64,000 bases of DNA from Trichoplax adhaerens (GCF_000150275.1 NW_002060944.1:1027380-1091379), one strand, 5' to 3'. Positions 26,192 to 40,770 are shown, numbered from the stretch's first letter. Made by a program: numbers and translations. Notes: generated from the letters alone by a model not told the origin.

Positions 26192-29100
26192 TCATGAGGT
26201 CTGTTCAGGCTCTTCCGTAAAATTTTCAGTTGCAAAAGCCATAGCTTCCTGAAGTCGTGACAGCCTGTAAAGTCAAAAAATAATTGGATATTGCTTATTA
26301 CACTTATAGCAATTTATTTGCACGATAGTTGACTTTCAGATTTATGCAGTACGAGTAATTCTAAAGTTAAGGCAGAACAATAGATATTTATTATATAACC
26401 TTCCACTGCGGCTAGATGGCCGTTGTCCTGCAGAATATGGTCGCTCATCCATTGCGCTCTTGGAAGGTGATATTGCTGCAATAGTAAAATTCAGCAAACA
26501 AGAATTTAAATGAAAGATTTAATGTGTAATTTGTACACATATACTTTGAATATACAATAATAATTCTTGATAACATGACTGAATCGATTATACATGACAG
26601 TCAAATCTAGATTTCTAGTTTTACTAGCAACGCAATTAACTTGACTTCAACGATGTATAAAATAACAGGAATTTATTATGTCCTACTCTGCTACTACTGT
26701 TTTTTTGTTATAAACCTACACTACCAAAAGATTAGTAGTAGTTCAGCTCCTTATAGAAAAATATGCTGTGCAATTGATACTAAGGATCTCAATATGTAAA
26801 AATAAATAATACATCGTTTTATCATTGTACGCGAATATATACTAAAGTGTAAATTTGAAGTTAATCATACATCGTTTAGACATGGCTTGTACAGGGAGTA
26901 GCTCATCGATTGATTTCCGGATAGAATTAAATCTATATATTGCAATTCCATAGGAAATAACAAGAAGTCATTATTTTATCATTACACATAGAACGATATT
27001 AATAAAATAAATAGGCAAGCAAACCTTTCTTGTACTGAAGTTTCAAATGTATGCAATTGCCTTGTAGAAAATTTAATTATTTCCTCTACCTCTTTGGACT
27101 CGAATCCTATATATGGCAGAAATTTTCGTTCAATTATTATATTGCAATACTTTGTAATAAGCTCGTTAAAAGCCGTAGAGATATATCCGTAGTAAGTAAG
27201 TAAGTACTTGTACTGAGTTGTACATAATAGAATCGGTAATACTGTATATCGCTATTAATGGAGATATATGGGACTGCAAGAAATACAACGCCAACCTGAC
27301 ATTTTTCTCATAATAATAGTTGCAGAACCCGGTCGTTTCGGATTATTTTTCGATCTCTTTTGTTTCTTGGAGTTAGAATATAACACAAAAGTCCAAATAT
27401 CTTATACATTAACATACTTGCGAAAATCTAGCATAACGATTAGCTTCTATACTAGATACCTTGTTCAAGGATTCCAGATTTAGAACAAGTTCCCATATCT
27501 TGGCTAAAAATCTAACACATGAGAAGCATTACTTTAGCTGCAACAGCCGATGAAATTACTCAATAGTCTGCTAACATTCTTATTTGTTACAAGTATAAAT
27601 CAATAAAAGGCATATGATTACCCCCTATATTCCGGAGTTGACTCAACAGGATTTCCTTAATTTCAATTTTAAAGAGAATATTTTGGACATCATTTGCACA
27701 AAAATATTGCAGTGAAGAGAAAATAGGCATCAAATAAATTATAGCGATTTGTGCTAACAATTTTACTGACCTATTAGTAAATATTCTGTTGCGGTAGAAA
27801 TTAACTTTAGTGATTCCTAAATAATGAAAAGAACCATTTTTAAGTTTTTGCAAGATAGTCTCGTGTATAGAATTTTCAGGTAAGAAGAGAATATCCAATG
27901 GTGATAGTCAACGTTGTTATATCTACAAACGATTATGTAAAGTAATGATTCAGATCTGTCACTACTTCTAGGCTAGATACCCATATCTCTTGAAAAAATG
28001 CAATGACAGCTGTCATAAATCATCAAGCAGTTTCATATTGACAACTGACTACAATACAGTGGCAGAACACAAAACGTATTTAAAAGCAGTATGCATCGTG
28101 AGATAACTTACCATATCTTCAATAAAAGATATCTGATTTCGTTGTATATCAAGTATTTCGAGAGCCGGAAATTGAACATTTATTCTCTTTAAATAGTTGT
28201 AATAGATACCATTAAAGACTATTTATACGTTAATACTTCATACTTGTATTACGACGATAATCATTGAATATGAAGTACCGATATTGATGAAATCAGATTG
28301 TCAGCTGCTCGCAGTTCTTGCAGTCGCCTGAAAGTGTCAAGTTTTTATCTTGATAAGGATACTTACCGGATAGTATTCAGAATTCAGTTTAATTAAATAA
28401 ATACAAACCCCATTTTCCCTAATGATTCCAAAGTCTGTATTTTATTTCGGCTGATATTAAGATTCTATCAAAGTAAATTAAATTCAAAATTAGTTGGGCA
28501 TGTCGCTCAATAAATCGTCCAGTTTTTGGATTTCTTATGTATTTCTATTTCTATTCTGGAACGACATGCTTGTATAGATTTATTTAAAATGATTGTTAAC
28601 ACTTACATTCAAAACATGTAAACCATTCAAGCTACCAACATCGGTAAGACTGTTACCTGATAGATCTAATTCCGACAGCTAGTAAAAAATTGCATAAATT
28701 ATGTAGATTTGATTAATCTAATTTCACTTATAACTAGCGAAATGGTGCAGTCTGAGTTACAGCATGAAAAATACTCGCATAAATTTTTTGATAATGTTCA
28801 TTATTATGGTGCTTGTATCGTACTAACTGATTTGCAAGCAAGACTATCCGGTAGATGCTCTATTTGATTATTTGCTAATCGTAGTTCCGTTAAGGCTTTC
28901 AAACAGCAGATATTCTATAGATATCAACAGAAATAAGTCATATCATCACAAAATTGAGATGCATCAGTCATAAATAATGGTATTATGATCCCAGCTGATA
29001 CTTTTACGGGAGGTATTTTATTTAGATTAACGAATCACGAAATGACTGAATGAACGACTTGAAATTATAATTACTCCTATACTAGCCCCATTATATCACA

Positions 29101-31324
29101 TAAATGCCGAAAGATACTCACCGTTAAATCATGGATACAATTGTTGCTCATGTCTAAGCTACTTAAATTTGGGCAACAAGTCAACGTGTTTTTTTCCACT
29201 TTATTAATTTTATTATTGTCTATCCGGAGGAGTTTGAGTGCCCTTAACGATTTTAAACCGTTGCCTAAATGAAATTAATAACAGCTAATCAATAAATATG
29301 CTACTGGTAATATTACACAATCTATGGTATACAAAACCTAAGATAAATTTGAATACTACTTACCTATTTCAGTAATGTTGTTAAACTGAAGAATTAGGTT
29401 AGTTAATCCTTTAAGTCTGTCATTGTGAACATTTTTTAGTTAGATTAAGAAAGTAGATAAGTATACTGTACACTGTACAGTATAAAATTGTACATACAAT
29501 AGGTAACTAGAAAGGTATTATCGACACTGGCCGTAGCATACACTTGTATGTACTGTCGTTGTTAAATTATTATTGATCGTTTCTGGGAATGTTGATGTTG
29601 ACAGCTACTGGTTACTTACTTCTCTAAGCCATTTAACTCAGAAATTTTGTTCGAGTATAATTTCAGTTCACGCAATTCCTATACAGAAAAAGGTGAAAGT
29701 CAAATCCCTAGAAACTTATATGGGAACACTGGTGTGGAGAGGTTGTTATATACTTGTTTTACGATACGTATATCAAACATGCTATATTAATCAGTAACAA
29801 AAATACCTGATTGTGTTGTAAACCATCTATCCATTCTATCTTATTACATGATAAATCCAAGACTCGAAGCTTTATAAACTGTATTTAATGATGGAGTTAA
29901 AGGAAGAGTGAAAATAAAGTTAATTAATTATAATTCTTTATTTATTGGATTCTATTGACATTGATTCCAATAGCAAGCATAACGACATAGCCCCATTGCA
30001 TACGGTATTACTAGTTCATAGTAAAGATAACAATAACGATAGAAATCATTGATTTGGCTTTGATATACTTTTACTTGTATTGTCATTGTTGACCTATTGA
30101 TACTATCATGGCAGGTGTGAGGAATGATTTTACCTTTTCTAAGTTTGCAATTCTTGTTATTCCAGTGTTGCTTATATCCAGGCTATAAACGTCGGCGTAG
30201 TGTTTTTCGTTGCATTTCTTCAACTATTGGATATACAATACGAAAACACATATCATGAAACCAGATCAATCAATCCATTGGTCAGGAAATTAATACTACT
30301 CTTATATTGGTTGTTAATTTGCAATTGTTGAAGCTTTTAGTACTGTAGCTAATGAAGTATCTGGCTAGTTTAGTAGACAGCCGAATGCAGTACCATCTAC
30401 TGTCACGCAGTAACTGTATTTATCTATATTAAGACTTTTGTTAACTTTCAGAATAATAACTTACGTCATAGCTATTTTTTCCATCAGTCACTGTACAGTA
30501 TGTATCTAATTCTATGATCACTGCACACAGCAGCTAATGAGGGATCTGGCTAGTTTAGTAAACAGCCGAATGCAGTACCATCTACTGTCACGCAGTAACT
30601 GTATTTATCTATATTAAGACTTTTGTTAAGTTTCAGAATAATAACTTACGTAATAGCTATTTTTTTTCCATCAGTCACTGTACAGTATGTATCTAATTCT
30701 ATGATCACTGCACACAGCAGCTAATGAAGTATCTAGCAAGTTAATTAGTTCACGTGTATGTTACAGGCCGAGTAATGTATTATACGTGTACAATATATTG
30801 CTCTAATCGGCGATATTGATAGGCTCTCTCAATATCATAGTGTCCATATTATTGTTAGGAAAGAGTAACTGTATCCTTTTCGAAATTCACTCTATCCTTA
30901 TACCGTGTCTATTTATCGATCTTGAAGCTTATACTGAATGATAACAATTTAATTCAATAATTCTAATTGATGTGTATCGATTGGAAGGTTAATTTATTCC
31001 TTACCGATGACTATAGCAAGTACTATAGGTAACTATCAGCTTCAAAATTGATTGCATTCTACTATCATTCTTAATTCACCCATATAGAAGTCTATGCTGG
31101 AGAATCATCATAATTCACTTGACTGTTCATTTCGTTTCCATGCCTAAAGTATGTTGACTATACTCTTGCTCTAAAGCTACTGCTGCATTTCGTGAGCTGA
31201 TTCTGTCATAGCTTACCATATCTTCAGCTGCAATCACAACAATGTCTTGATTACTGCCGAAAATAGTTTTACTGGCAGCTTTATCCTTTAGCTTTTTGAC
31301 TTCTTTACGATCGTGTGAAGTCAT
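26192..31324 (-). CDS. SDS22/PPP1R7-like leucine-rich-repeat protein, multi-exon; exact ortholog not recognised
   Basis: Exon 1 MTSHDRKEVKK..IAAEDM. LRR exons VYSLDISNTGITRIANLEK, LRVLDLSCNKIEWIDGL, LKSLRALKLLRIDNNKI, LTELRLANNQI, ELDLSGNSLTDVGSL. Last exon LSRLQEAMAFATENF..QTS* (stop 26194-26192). Confidence 0.8.
30347..30735. repeat. Intronic tandem duplication, 2 x ~186 bp
   Basis: AGCTAATGA.G.ATCTGGCTAGTTTAGTA.ACAGCCGAATGCAG... occurs at 30347 and 30532, with a partial third start at ~30719. Confidence 0.92.
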
Positions 31325-31419
31325 GGCGTTCTCTTCTGTGTTGAAATCTATCCAAAGTTGTTTAGCAATAATCCGCCATTTTGAAACTGCCGCCGGGTGA
31401 GCAGATACTAGTGATCCTT

Positions 31420-31990
31420 ATACGGTACTGTACGTACAGTACCGTACTACCCTAACATTATCACCAATACCGTACAGTACAGTACAACAGGTACGGTACC
31501 GTACTGTACTGTATACTGTACTGTACTGTTTCGTCGGATGGACGGACTTCTCATGTACGAGATTGGTACTGAACCGTACTGTACGGTACGGTACAGTAGT
31601 GTACAGTATGTACTGTAGTGTACAGTATGTACAGTGTGAACCAGTTCGAATCAGAGTACTTTAAGGTACCCTAAAATCACGAGTGTGAATCAAAATGTAA
31701 TAAGAATTATACGAATATAAAGCTGAATAACTTTGAGACGTAAATAACAATTTAAAAATGTCGACCTTGAAAGTGTACAGTACAACTGCTATACTGTACA
31801 CTGTACAGTATAGTGTGTACTGTGCACTATATGGTCGGATGGACAGACTTCTCATGAACGAGATGTCGAGATTGGTACTGAACAGTGTACAGTACACTGT
31901 ACAGTATTACACAGTACTGTGTACTGTGTGGTCGGATGGACGGATTTATCACGTACTGTACTGTATACTGCATGTACAGTACAGTATATT
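31420..31990. repeat. (CAGTA)n/(TACTG)n tract in the LRR/PMM divergent promoter
   Basis: Dense CAGTA/TACTG/CCGTA runs. GTCGGATGGAC occurs at ~31533, ~31834 and ~31931. Confidence 0.88.
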
Positions 31991-32163
31991 TAACTGGACC
32001 ACAGCTGACGGAGTTTTGTTGACTGCGATTGAGCAAACCGGATACAACTAACTCGGAGATTTCATTTTGGTGCGTAGAACTACTGGTAGTTAAAGTGTCG
32101 ACGAGAATCGGTTGTAAAAAGGAGATCAACATTTAGGAAATTGATTATTTAGAATCGGTGAAA

Positions 32164-34102
32164 ATGACTGCCAAAATACTTGTATTATTCGACGTGGATG
32201 GCACATTAACGCCAGCTCGCAAGGTTAGCGATGATCCATTGAAGGCTGTACTATTGTAGATTGTAGGCTTGAACAGTACAAGTACTTGCACTCTCTTGGC
32301 TAGTTGCTATCCGTCATCGATCAATCAACTCCTTCTTGACTAACTCTCTCTCCAATATTAGCTTATTGAGGATAACATGAAATGCACCCTAGAAAACCTT
32401 AAGAAACATGTTGCTGTTGGCATTGTTGGTGGATCAGATTATGGCAAAATCAAGGAACAATTGGGTGGAGAGGATAGTAAGGAAAAGATAAACTTATTTC
32501 TCTTACATGCTATCGTATGGCATGCTTGTATAGCTCGCTGTTTGTATTCTAGTCATCCAAGCTTACAAATACATGCAGTATAGGACATTAATTCAAAGAT
32601 CATCAGCAGGCGACAACACTAGTACAAATGGGATCTACTATAAACAGTATACTCTTCAGTAGTTCCGCTTGGGTTTACTTGCCAAGACAGTTATTTCAAA
32701 TGGAATGAGCATTTCCGTAGAGGAGTAGAAAATTGTTTTATAGATGACTTGAATATACCTACGTCTTTTCAGTACAACTGCCAATTTGTCAACAAGTCTT
32801 GTAACACGACTTGTAAGACTTATTACATTAGTTGGTCCTGTTTATATTGCAATGGATATGAAGTAGGTAGTTTACAATCAATTCTATTATATGATTTCAA
32901 TCCTTTCTCGCCAGTTCCCAAGTTTTATGATTATGTCTTTGCTGAAAATGGAGTTGTTGGTTATAAGAAGGGTGAATTAATAAGCGCTGAGGTCAGTCAA
33001 CTTGCTATACCATGATATTGTTGGCTATTCATCAATAGTCAGTGTAGGAATAGTGGGTAAATAAATTGTTCAAAATTGACTTCTGATCCTTTTTGTAATA
33101 CCTGCATAGAATATTGTCAGCTGCATCGGAGATGATAACTTACAGAAAGTCATTAACTTTGCTTTAAAATACATGTCTGAATTGCAATTGCCTAGGAAAA
33201 GGTTGAATACCATCATGCAATAATAAATAGAGTAGACGCATATTCGTTATCGCTCTACGTCAATACATACGAGTCATATACTGTAGTACTACATAACTTA
33301 ACATCACATAACAGTAGTTCATTAATTCTTGATTTGTCATTCTAGAGGTACTTTTGTTGAATTCCGCTCTAGCATGATTAATCTTTGTCCTATTGGACGC
33401 AGCTGTAGCTACGACGAAAGATTGGAATTTGTCGCTTTGGACAAGGTATCATCAGAAACTTTGTTTGAACTTTTCTAGCTACGTGTATACAGTTTTTCTC
33501 TATGATGGTATACGAGTATTATCATACTATCATAATATACTATCATACTATCCTATTTTATATTTATCTATGACGATACAATTTCTATTAGGCTGAAAAT
33601 ATTCGACTCAAGTTTCTACAAGCTCTCCGAAAAGAATTTCCTGATGTTGGCCTACAATTTGCGATCGGTACACATGTTAATCCAAGGACAATTTACTTTA
33701 GGAAAATTAAAATATTATAACCACTAATCAAAATTGTTACAACTTTTTGTACTGGACACTGACATAGGTGGGCAAATTAGTATTGATGTCTTTCCAATCG
33801 GATGGGACAAAACTTATTGCCTACGTCATATACCAGCGAATGAATTCGATCAAATTTATTTCTTTGGTGACAAAACTCAACCGGTATATAACAGTTGTTA
33901 GCGATTTAGCCTGATTGCTTTTTAAGCGAATATAATGTATCATTCAATCGATGCTTTTAATACTAAGATAACATATTTTCGCAACGATCAGGGTGGGAAC
34001 GATCACGAAATTTTTAATAGCGAACGCACAATTGGTCATACCGTTACATCGCCAGAAGATACAGTTTGCCAATTGAAAAAACTTTTCCCTCAGATCGCGT
34101 AA
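32164..34102 (+). CDS. PMM2: Eukaryotic phosphomannomutase (HAD superfamily), 8 exons
   Basis: [100 protein letters not shown] at 34100-34102. Confidence 0.96.
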
Positions 34103-35341
34103 CGTTACTTATTTAATCGTTCCCGTAATAAAAAGTTATAGTTCTCACAAGAAAGTAATTATGATACTTGCTCCAACGATCCTATACAAATGTTGCACGT
34201 ACGATCTTTGCTTATTAAAGATTTTTCATGCTGTAAAAGAATTTTTGAATGATTTGGGAAAGGATGTTTCTTCTCTGGTCGGTAGTACAAACATCTGCCC
34301 ATTTTGCATTGGATAGATAAACTTTGTTGGTGTCGAAATACCTAAAATGATTATAGAGTCTGTTCAATTTTTTTCTACCATGGATTGAAAAATGCTCATT
34401 TGGAGTACATTTAAATAAAAAAACATTTTTTTAATATTCACATTTATTGGAAATTTGCCTAAAGGTTGCGGCTAAAGTTCATATTTAGTTCCTTGTATCT
34501 CTTTAATGGCTAATTTCTTATACGAATAAGAGGTGCTACTGTATAAATAATTACATATCCGAACTTGTTATTCTTTTTGTCGTAATGCTATATATCCAGA
34601 GCAACTAAATGTTGGATTTCCCTATGGCTGCACTTTTTATTTTCGAATGCACGTAAATGATCGGGAATAGCTATTATATAATACAATCGGAAGTAGCAGT
34701 CCGTCGTTAATTCCGATAATGAAATGGTAAAACAATAATGGTATCTGCGTTAGCTACAGCTTATCCTTTTGTAATATATGTACAGTACAGTACAAGTAAT
34801 GAGCATGGAGAGAATTCTGAATTCCCCAGGTCAAGATTTCGCGTACTGCAAATACATGATGCAAGAAAAATTATACGTATAGATAGCATATTATTACAAT
34901 AATTATATATAATTATACGTATGATTTACCACATTATATATTCTATTACAGACTAGTTTTAATACGTATTTTACTTTGCACTACGTTCTGGTATATTTAT
35001 AAGTAGTATAATAAGAAATATACCACAAACTTGTTGTTATACCCGTAGTAAAAACACAACTTGAAATAAATTTACGCGATGCTGAATGTTATATGCTCGT
35101 TTAGATACAGCAGTCTGAAATACACGTTATACGAATATCGCCACAATGTTTCAAAAGGATATTCTAACTGTATTTATACAATTCGATATACTGATAGATG
35201 AAATTGTTGCTTTTTCAAATACTTTCAGGTATGTTAGTAATATGATGAGATGATAGAATAATACTCTACTAAAATTTTAATCTCTATGTCATTAACAATT
35301 CGCGCGTACTATCCTAAGCTTCCATAAGCTAAGTCAGAACT

Positions 35342-38237
35342 TTAACCCAATCCAACATCAAGGGACATCATAACGAGAAATCCAACGATACAACCAATGG
35401 ATGATAAACGACCATTACCACTGTACATATTGAGATTAAATAACAGAATCAATTAGCCTGACCGGCTATTGTAAATTATTTAGAGTACTGAGTGCAGAAT
35501 TTGATTGATTTACCTAGTTTGCGCTTCCGGGATAATATCATCAATGACTACATAAATCATGGCACCAGCAGCAAAGGCTAATGAATAAGGCAAAATTGGT
35601 TCAGCTATCTGAAAGATAACGTTAAAATACTATATATGAGTCTCGATAGATAATTTTAAGGCTAAACTTCAATTACCATAACGGCTGCAGCTCCTAATAT
35701 TCCAGCTATTGGTTCTACCATTCCGCTCAGTTGTCCATACCTGTACAAATTTGAATCGTCAAATATTCTTATAATGACGTAAGGTAATTAATTCAATTCT
35801 ACGTTTATTTTTAAATTGATACATTAATAATAGGAAAGTAAAAGGCTACAAAAGGTCATGAACGTATGAGTAAACCGCATACCAGAAACTTGTCCATGTT
35901 GAGAATCCCATGGCCTTAAGAGGTAGGCTTACAGCCAGTCCTTCCGGAAAGTTCTGAATGCCAATACCAATTGCTAGGTTTCTAAATTAAAAGATTGAAT
36001 ACAATCCTAATTCAAAGTTATCACTTTGCAAGATTTATCCAATCATCTATTGTTGCTCGATGGTTGTTATGTACTAAGCACTATAGCAAGGTGCTAGCGC
36101 TCTCAAACATTGCGTGGAGCAATTTGATAGTCAGTAACTTTGATAAATACATTGCTGACATCAAGCGTATGTAACAATCTTCAGTAAATTATTCGTTGCG
36201 AATTTAAGAACATTTTGTATCATCGTACAGTTTATTAATTAAGGTGTCTAATAAATACATACGTATAATACTTGGTGTGTACAGTACATAAATAGATTCG
36301 AACATATCGTGTTAACATCATTACTATGCTCTTATAATCCAGCTACTAAATCTATTACTTAATTGTTTCATTGCAATCACATACTATCTTTCTGTAACAA
36401 TAGTTTTACCTAGCATTTTCAAAAGTCGCTTGCTCCGTTTTTCCAATTGCACCAAATCCTACTCCAACAGCAAGACCCTCTACAATTTGAATGTAAAATA
36501 CATTCTTCAACATGCATACTTTTACGTTTCATGATCAGAGCACATGAAATCTAGATGACTCATCTTATCTACAATTTTATTTTAATTGTACAGGTTTTGT
36601 GTATCTGTAATTGATAGTTGAAGAAAGGTCAACTTAAAATACACAGTATATCGGTAGAAGTTTTGCAAAATGGAAGAAAATTGGTGTACCTGGAATGTTG
36701 TGGACTGTTATCGCGATGACTAGTAAAATGATACGACGCCATTGAAGATTAATCATCTCAGAATTTTTCTGGTATTCAGAATGTTGAGTTTTATTATTCT
36801 CAACTGCTTTATTATTGAGTGAACGATAGACAAGGTTACTATTATCGCTTTGGTGATGATAACGATTATTGACTTCTTCATCTTCTGCTCCTAATTCAAA
36901 TCGTTCGGTGTCTTCGTTCATACTTTTACAGTACACATTTGCTAAAGCGATTTGGGGTGAAGAAATATTCTAGAAGGATTTCGAAATAGTTAGAATGACT
37001 AAATGAATTTGAACATTTAAAAGGTGATGACGATACTATACTGTACTACTATAACGTAACTCTTTATAGAATAATAAAAAACTTATGATCGATTTTGACA
37101 ACATTTGTAGAGTACGATATGATAACGGCAATAAAAACAAATTGATATGCTTCATTAAAGTTTTAAAACAAAATATTCAAACATCGCTGCCCTACCATTC
37201 TACTCATCATCATATCAGTGACACCAACAAAAGCAGCACCGAATGCGAAACCAATTCCAACGGGTATAAAAGAAAACTGGCCATCTTGGCCGTAGTGGCC
37301 GGACTTTGTAGCTAATTCTATTGCTGGCTGTAATAATGACCAAAAGGAAGCTGCCACCATAACCTGTTATAACAGTAAAATAGTCTATCGGTTATTGCTG
37401 GGCAAGTAATAAACAGTCAATATTGCTTTATAGTACGTGGTTGACGATTGATACAAAGAAAAAACAATTTCATGGTACTGCAGTATCCATTGTGGACAAT
37501 AGAAACTGTTGCATAACTAACAAACAGAAACAGCTACCAGCCATCATAGTATACGATATTGCAATGCAGGTTGTTCCCTGCGAGCTTGTTATTCAAATAA
37601 GGCTAAAATGTTACATTAATCATTACAATTTGAAGAAAGTAGAATCGATATAAAAGATGAGAGAAATATAATTTTGAAGCATCATTCTAGTTACAAGTTA
37701 GAACGTGTGGAATATTAAGAAAAGATTTGGGATGGTTCATACACGTCTATATCGTTATTTGCATCTCAAGTCGTTGTTGAACTTACTCCGGCAGCAAATC
37801 CAAGGCTACCATCTAGAACTTTTCTCTAAAACAGAAGAGAAAAAGCCTCCAATTAGTCAAAATGGTTTCCATTCTCTATATTACACAAAGCATTTGTGCT
37901 AAAAAGGCATCACTGTGCCTAAATGAAATCATTCTCATCAAATCAGATTGATCGGGCTATTAAGTCATAAACTTCTAGAGGTATATCTACTCGTAGAAGC
38001 CCATGGTGAAGTCAAGACACTGTACTTTGAGCTATCGTTATCCTAATACTGTACATGGTCCATAAAAACAATAACAATTTCAAAGCAATCACTCATGAAC
38101 AGGAATTCTACTGTATTCTCTAAACATACCTTGCCAGATGAAAAGACAAACACTAATGCCGCACCAGCAGCGGTTAAACCCCATGTGAAGAGTGTGCCAA
38201 AATATGCCTGAGCTATAGGCCCATAACCTCGTATCAT
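35342..38237 (-). CDS. SLC39A11: Zinc transporter ZIP11 (GufA family), multi-exon
   Basis: [123 protein letters not shown]. Confidence 0.96.
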
Positions 38238-38942
38238 GTTGATGCTTTCAAACCTGAGTCAAGATTGGGAAAAAATTGCCTCCTTAACGGTTAAGTCGAC
38301 ACAGTTTGGATAGAATTTTCAGTCTTCCAGAACCAATTTGTTGTCGCTTGGGTAATAACCAATGCTCAGTGAATCGTATCAAGCGATAAATAATTAATGA
38401 AACAATTTGTTCTTGCAATTGTAATCATTGGTGATAAAATGGCCAATTTGTTTTTAGCGAGGACAGCTAAGAAACTTGACGTCGATACAGCCTATGCTAG
38501 TCTACAGTTCATATGCAAATTTCTGCAACAGAGACACTTTCCAATCTTCTCAAACAATCCAACAAGATTCTTGATTGACTAGCCAGCACAACAGCTAAAA
38601 TAACATTAAAAGTATTTCCTGAAGAACAGCTCGCACAAGCTACGGTTAAAAGGCTGCCCACGAAAGCTGTTGCTGGCCACGAAATGATGATATTCATTTC
38701 CGTACTGTATCCTACTGTACCATGGACAATGGTATCCAACGTACCCTCGTCCGTCAGTCCACGACCAGGCGTATTGTCATCGACTAGATGGAAAGTAATG
38801 TCACATCATGTCACCCTTTGCGATTCAGCTGTTGCCCTGTCAGTGGTCACCATGTTACCGTGGAACTTTTCATCATTTGCTGGCATAGAAAACAGTGAAG
38901 GTTGGATGATATCCCGAGTATCATTGCCAGGAGGAATGATGC

Positions 38943-40072
38943 CACTCATAAAAGGTTCATTCTCATTATGAAGTTGATCAAGGACTCGGGGACTCATGAT
39001 ATGGCCAACCAACAACATCAACGACTCGATTTCATTGCCTGATTAATTTCCTCTACTTGTGAGATAGTGTATATGTTAAGTATATATATATATACAGTAA
39101 ATTAGGCGATCGATTTCATTACCTGATTAATTTACTCTACTAGTGAGATAGTGTATATGTTAAGTATATATAACATATATACAGTAAATTGATCGATCGA
39201 TTTCATTACCTGATTAATTTACTCCACTTATGAGATAGTGTATATGTTAAGTATATATACAGTAAATTAATCGATCGATTGATTAATTTACTCTACTTGT
39301 GAGATAAGGTACAGTATATATTAAGTATATATATATATATACAGTAAATTAATCGATCGATTGATTAATTTACTCTAATTGTGAGATAGTGTATATGTTA
39401 AGTATATGCAGTATATATACACAGTAAATTAATCAATCGATTTCATTACCTGATTAATTTACTCTACTTGTGAGATAGTGTATATGTTACATATATATAT
39501 ATATATATACACAGTAAATTGATCGATCGATTTCATTACCTGATTAATTTACTCTACTTGTGAGATAGTGCATATGTTAAGTATATATGAACGGGACGGT
39601 ATGCGAAATCGGTCATTTTGCAAACTGCCCGGACAAAATCATTCCTAGGAATGGCCGTAACATATATATAACATATATACAGTAAATTAATCGATCGATT
39701 TCATTACCTGATTAATTTACTCTACTTGTGAGATAGGGCATATGTTACGTATATACATATACACAGTAAATTATTCGATCGATTTCATTGCCTGATTAAT
39801 TTACTCTACTAGTGAGATAGTGTATATGTTACGTATATAATATATACACAGTAAATTAATCGATCGATTGATTAATTTACTCTACTTGTGAGATAGTGCA
39901 TCTGTTACGTATACATATATAGAGATATATGTATAAGTATATGTGACATATATACACTATCTCAAAAGTAGAGTAAATTAATCAGGTAACGAAATCGAGT
40001 CGATGATGCCGTCGGGTTGTATCACGATGAGTCCTTGATCAACTTCATAATGAGAATGTACCTTTAAGAGTG
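38943..40072. mobile_element. Foldback-like non-autonomous element: ~130-bp terminal inverted repeats enclosing ~10 tandem ~70-90 bp units
   Basis: Left end CACTCATAAAAGGTTCATTCTCATTATGAAGTTGATCAAGGACTC. Right end (reverse complement) CACTCTTAAAGGTACATTCTCATTATGAAGTTGATCAAGGACTC. Internal unit CAGTAAATTAATCGATCGATTTCATTACCTGATTAATTTACTCTACTTGTGAGATAGTGTATATG. Confidence 0.82.
39588..39662. mobile_element. 75-bp TG..CA insertion nested in the satellite
   Basis: A GC-richer insert TGAACGGGAC...GGCCGTAACA interrupts one repeat unit's TA run, with TATA on both sides. It shares ~27 nt with the 53716 element. Confidence 0.65.
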
Positions 40073-40418
40073 ATGTCCAAAATTGAAATGATACGTGGAC
40101 CGATCACGACTGAAACCATGGATTACTAAATATAGCCGTTACTAAAATGCAATTTCTTTCATGCTTGTCAATGTTTGATTGATGAAATAACGTTAGGACT
40201 TTAGTCTACGGGTAATGTCATGTTATAGCCTTGCTTTGTAAATTGAAGACAGGAAAGGGAGTTAAGGGATACAAGTATAGAGTGTTTATTAGTCGGGCTG
40301 TGCCGTAGGAATGCGTAGCATGCAATCCTAATGTTTGCTTGACAGTCTTCTTTCATAGTTCCTTACGCTACGCAATGATTAATTTACTGACAGTTAATAC
40401 GGTATCATAGTACTAAAC

Positions 40419-40770
40419 AGAATGTGATTGTACATGATGTTACAGGTAGAATGGAATATTTTCCGATATTTCACGTCATTATAATGGCTAGTAAATTGGT
40501 GGAAATTGAACGGCATATGCTTTAACAACGTGACACGCGTACTATTGCATTAATGCGATATTTGATGACTGGTAGTAGTATCAGTAACACGATATCCCAA
40601 TATTAAGCAGAATGTAATTATGAATTACGTTAAAGGTAAAATGAAGTATTCACAGATATTTCACATCATTATAATGCTAGTAAATTCATGGAAATTTAAC
40701 GGTATATATTTTAACAGCGTGACACGCATACTATTGCATTAATATGATTTGATGATTGACAGTAGTATCG
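40419..40770. repeat. Diverged tandem duplication, ~190 bp unit
   Basis: GATATTTCAC.TCATTATAATG..CTAGTAAATT...CGTGACACGC.TACTATTGCATTAAT is present twice, about 190 bp apart. Confidence 0.85.

Noticed and set aside
28348-28368. U12-type splice signal (GTATCCTT on the minus strand)
   Set aside because: It lies inside an intron whose inferred ends are ordinary GT-AG and is not at an exon boundary.
31643-31656. tRNA or tRNA-SINE B-box (GTTCGAATC)
   Set aside because: No A-box, cloverleaf or acceptor stem around it.
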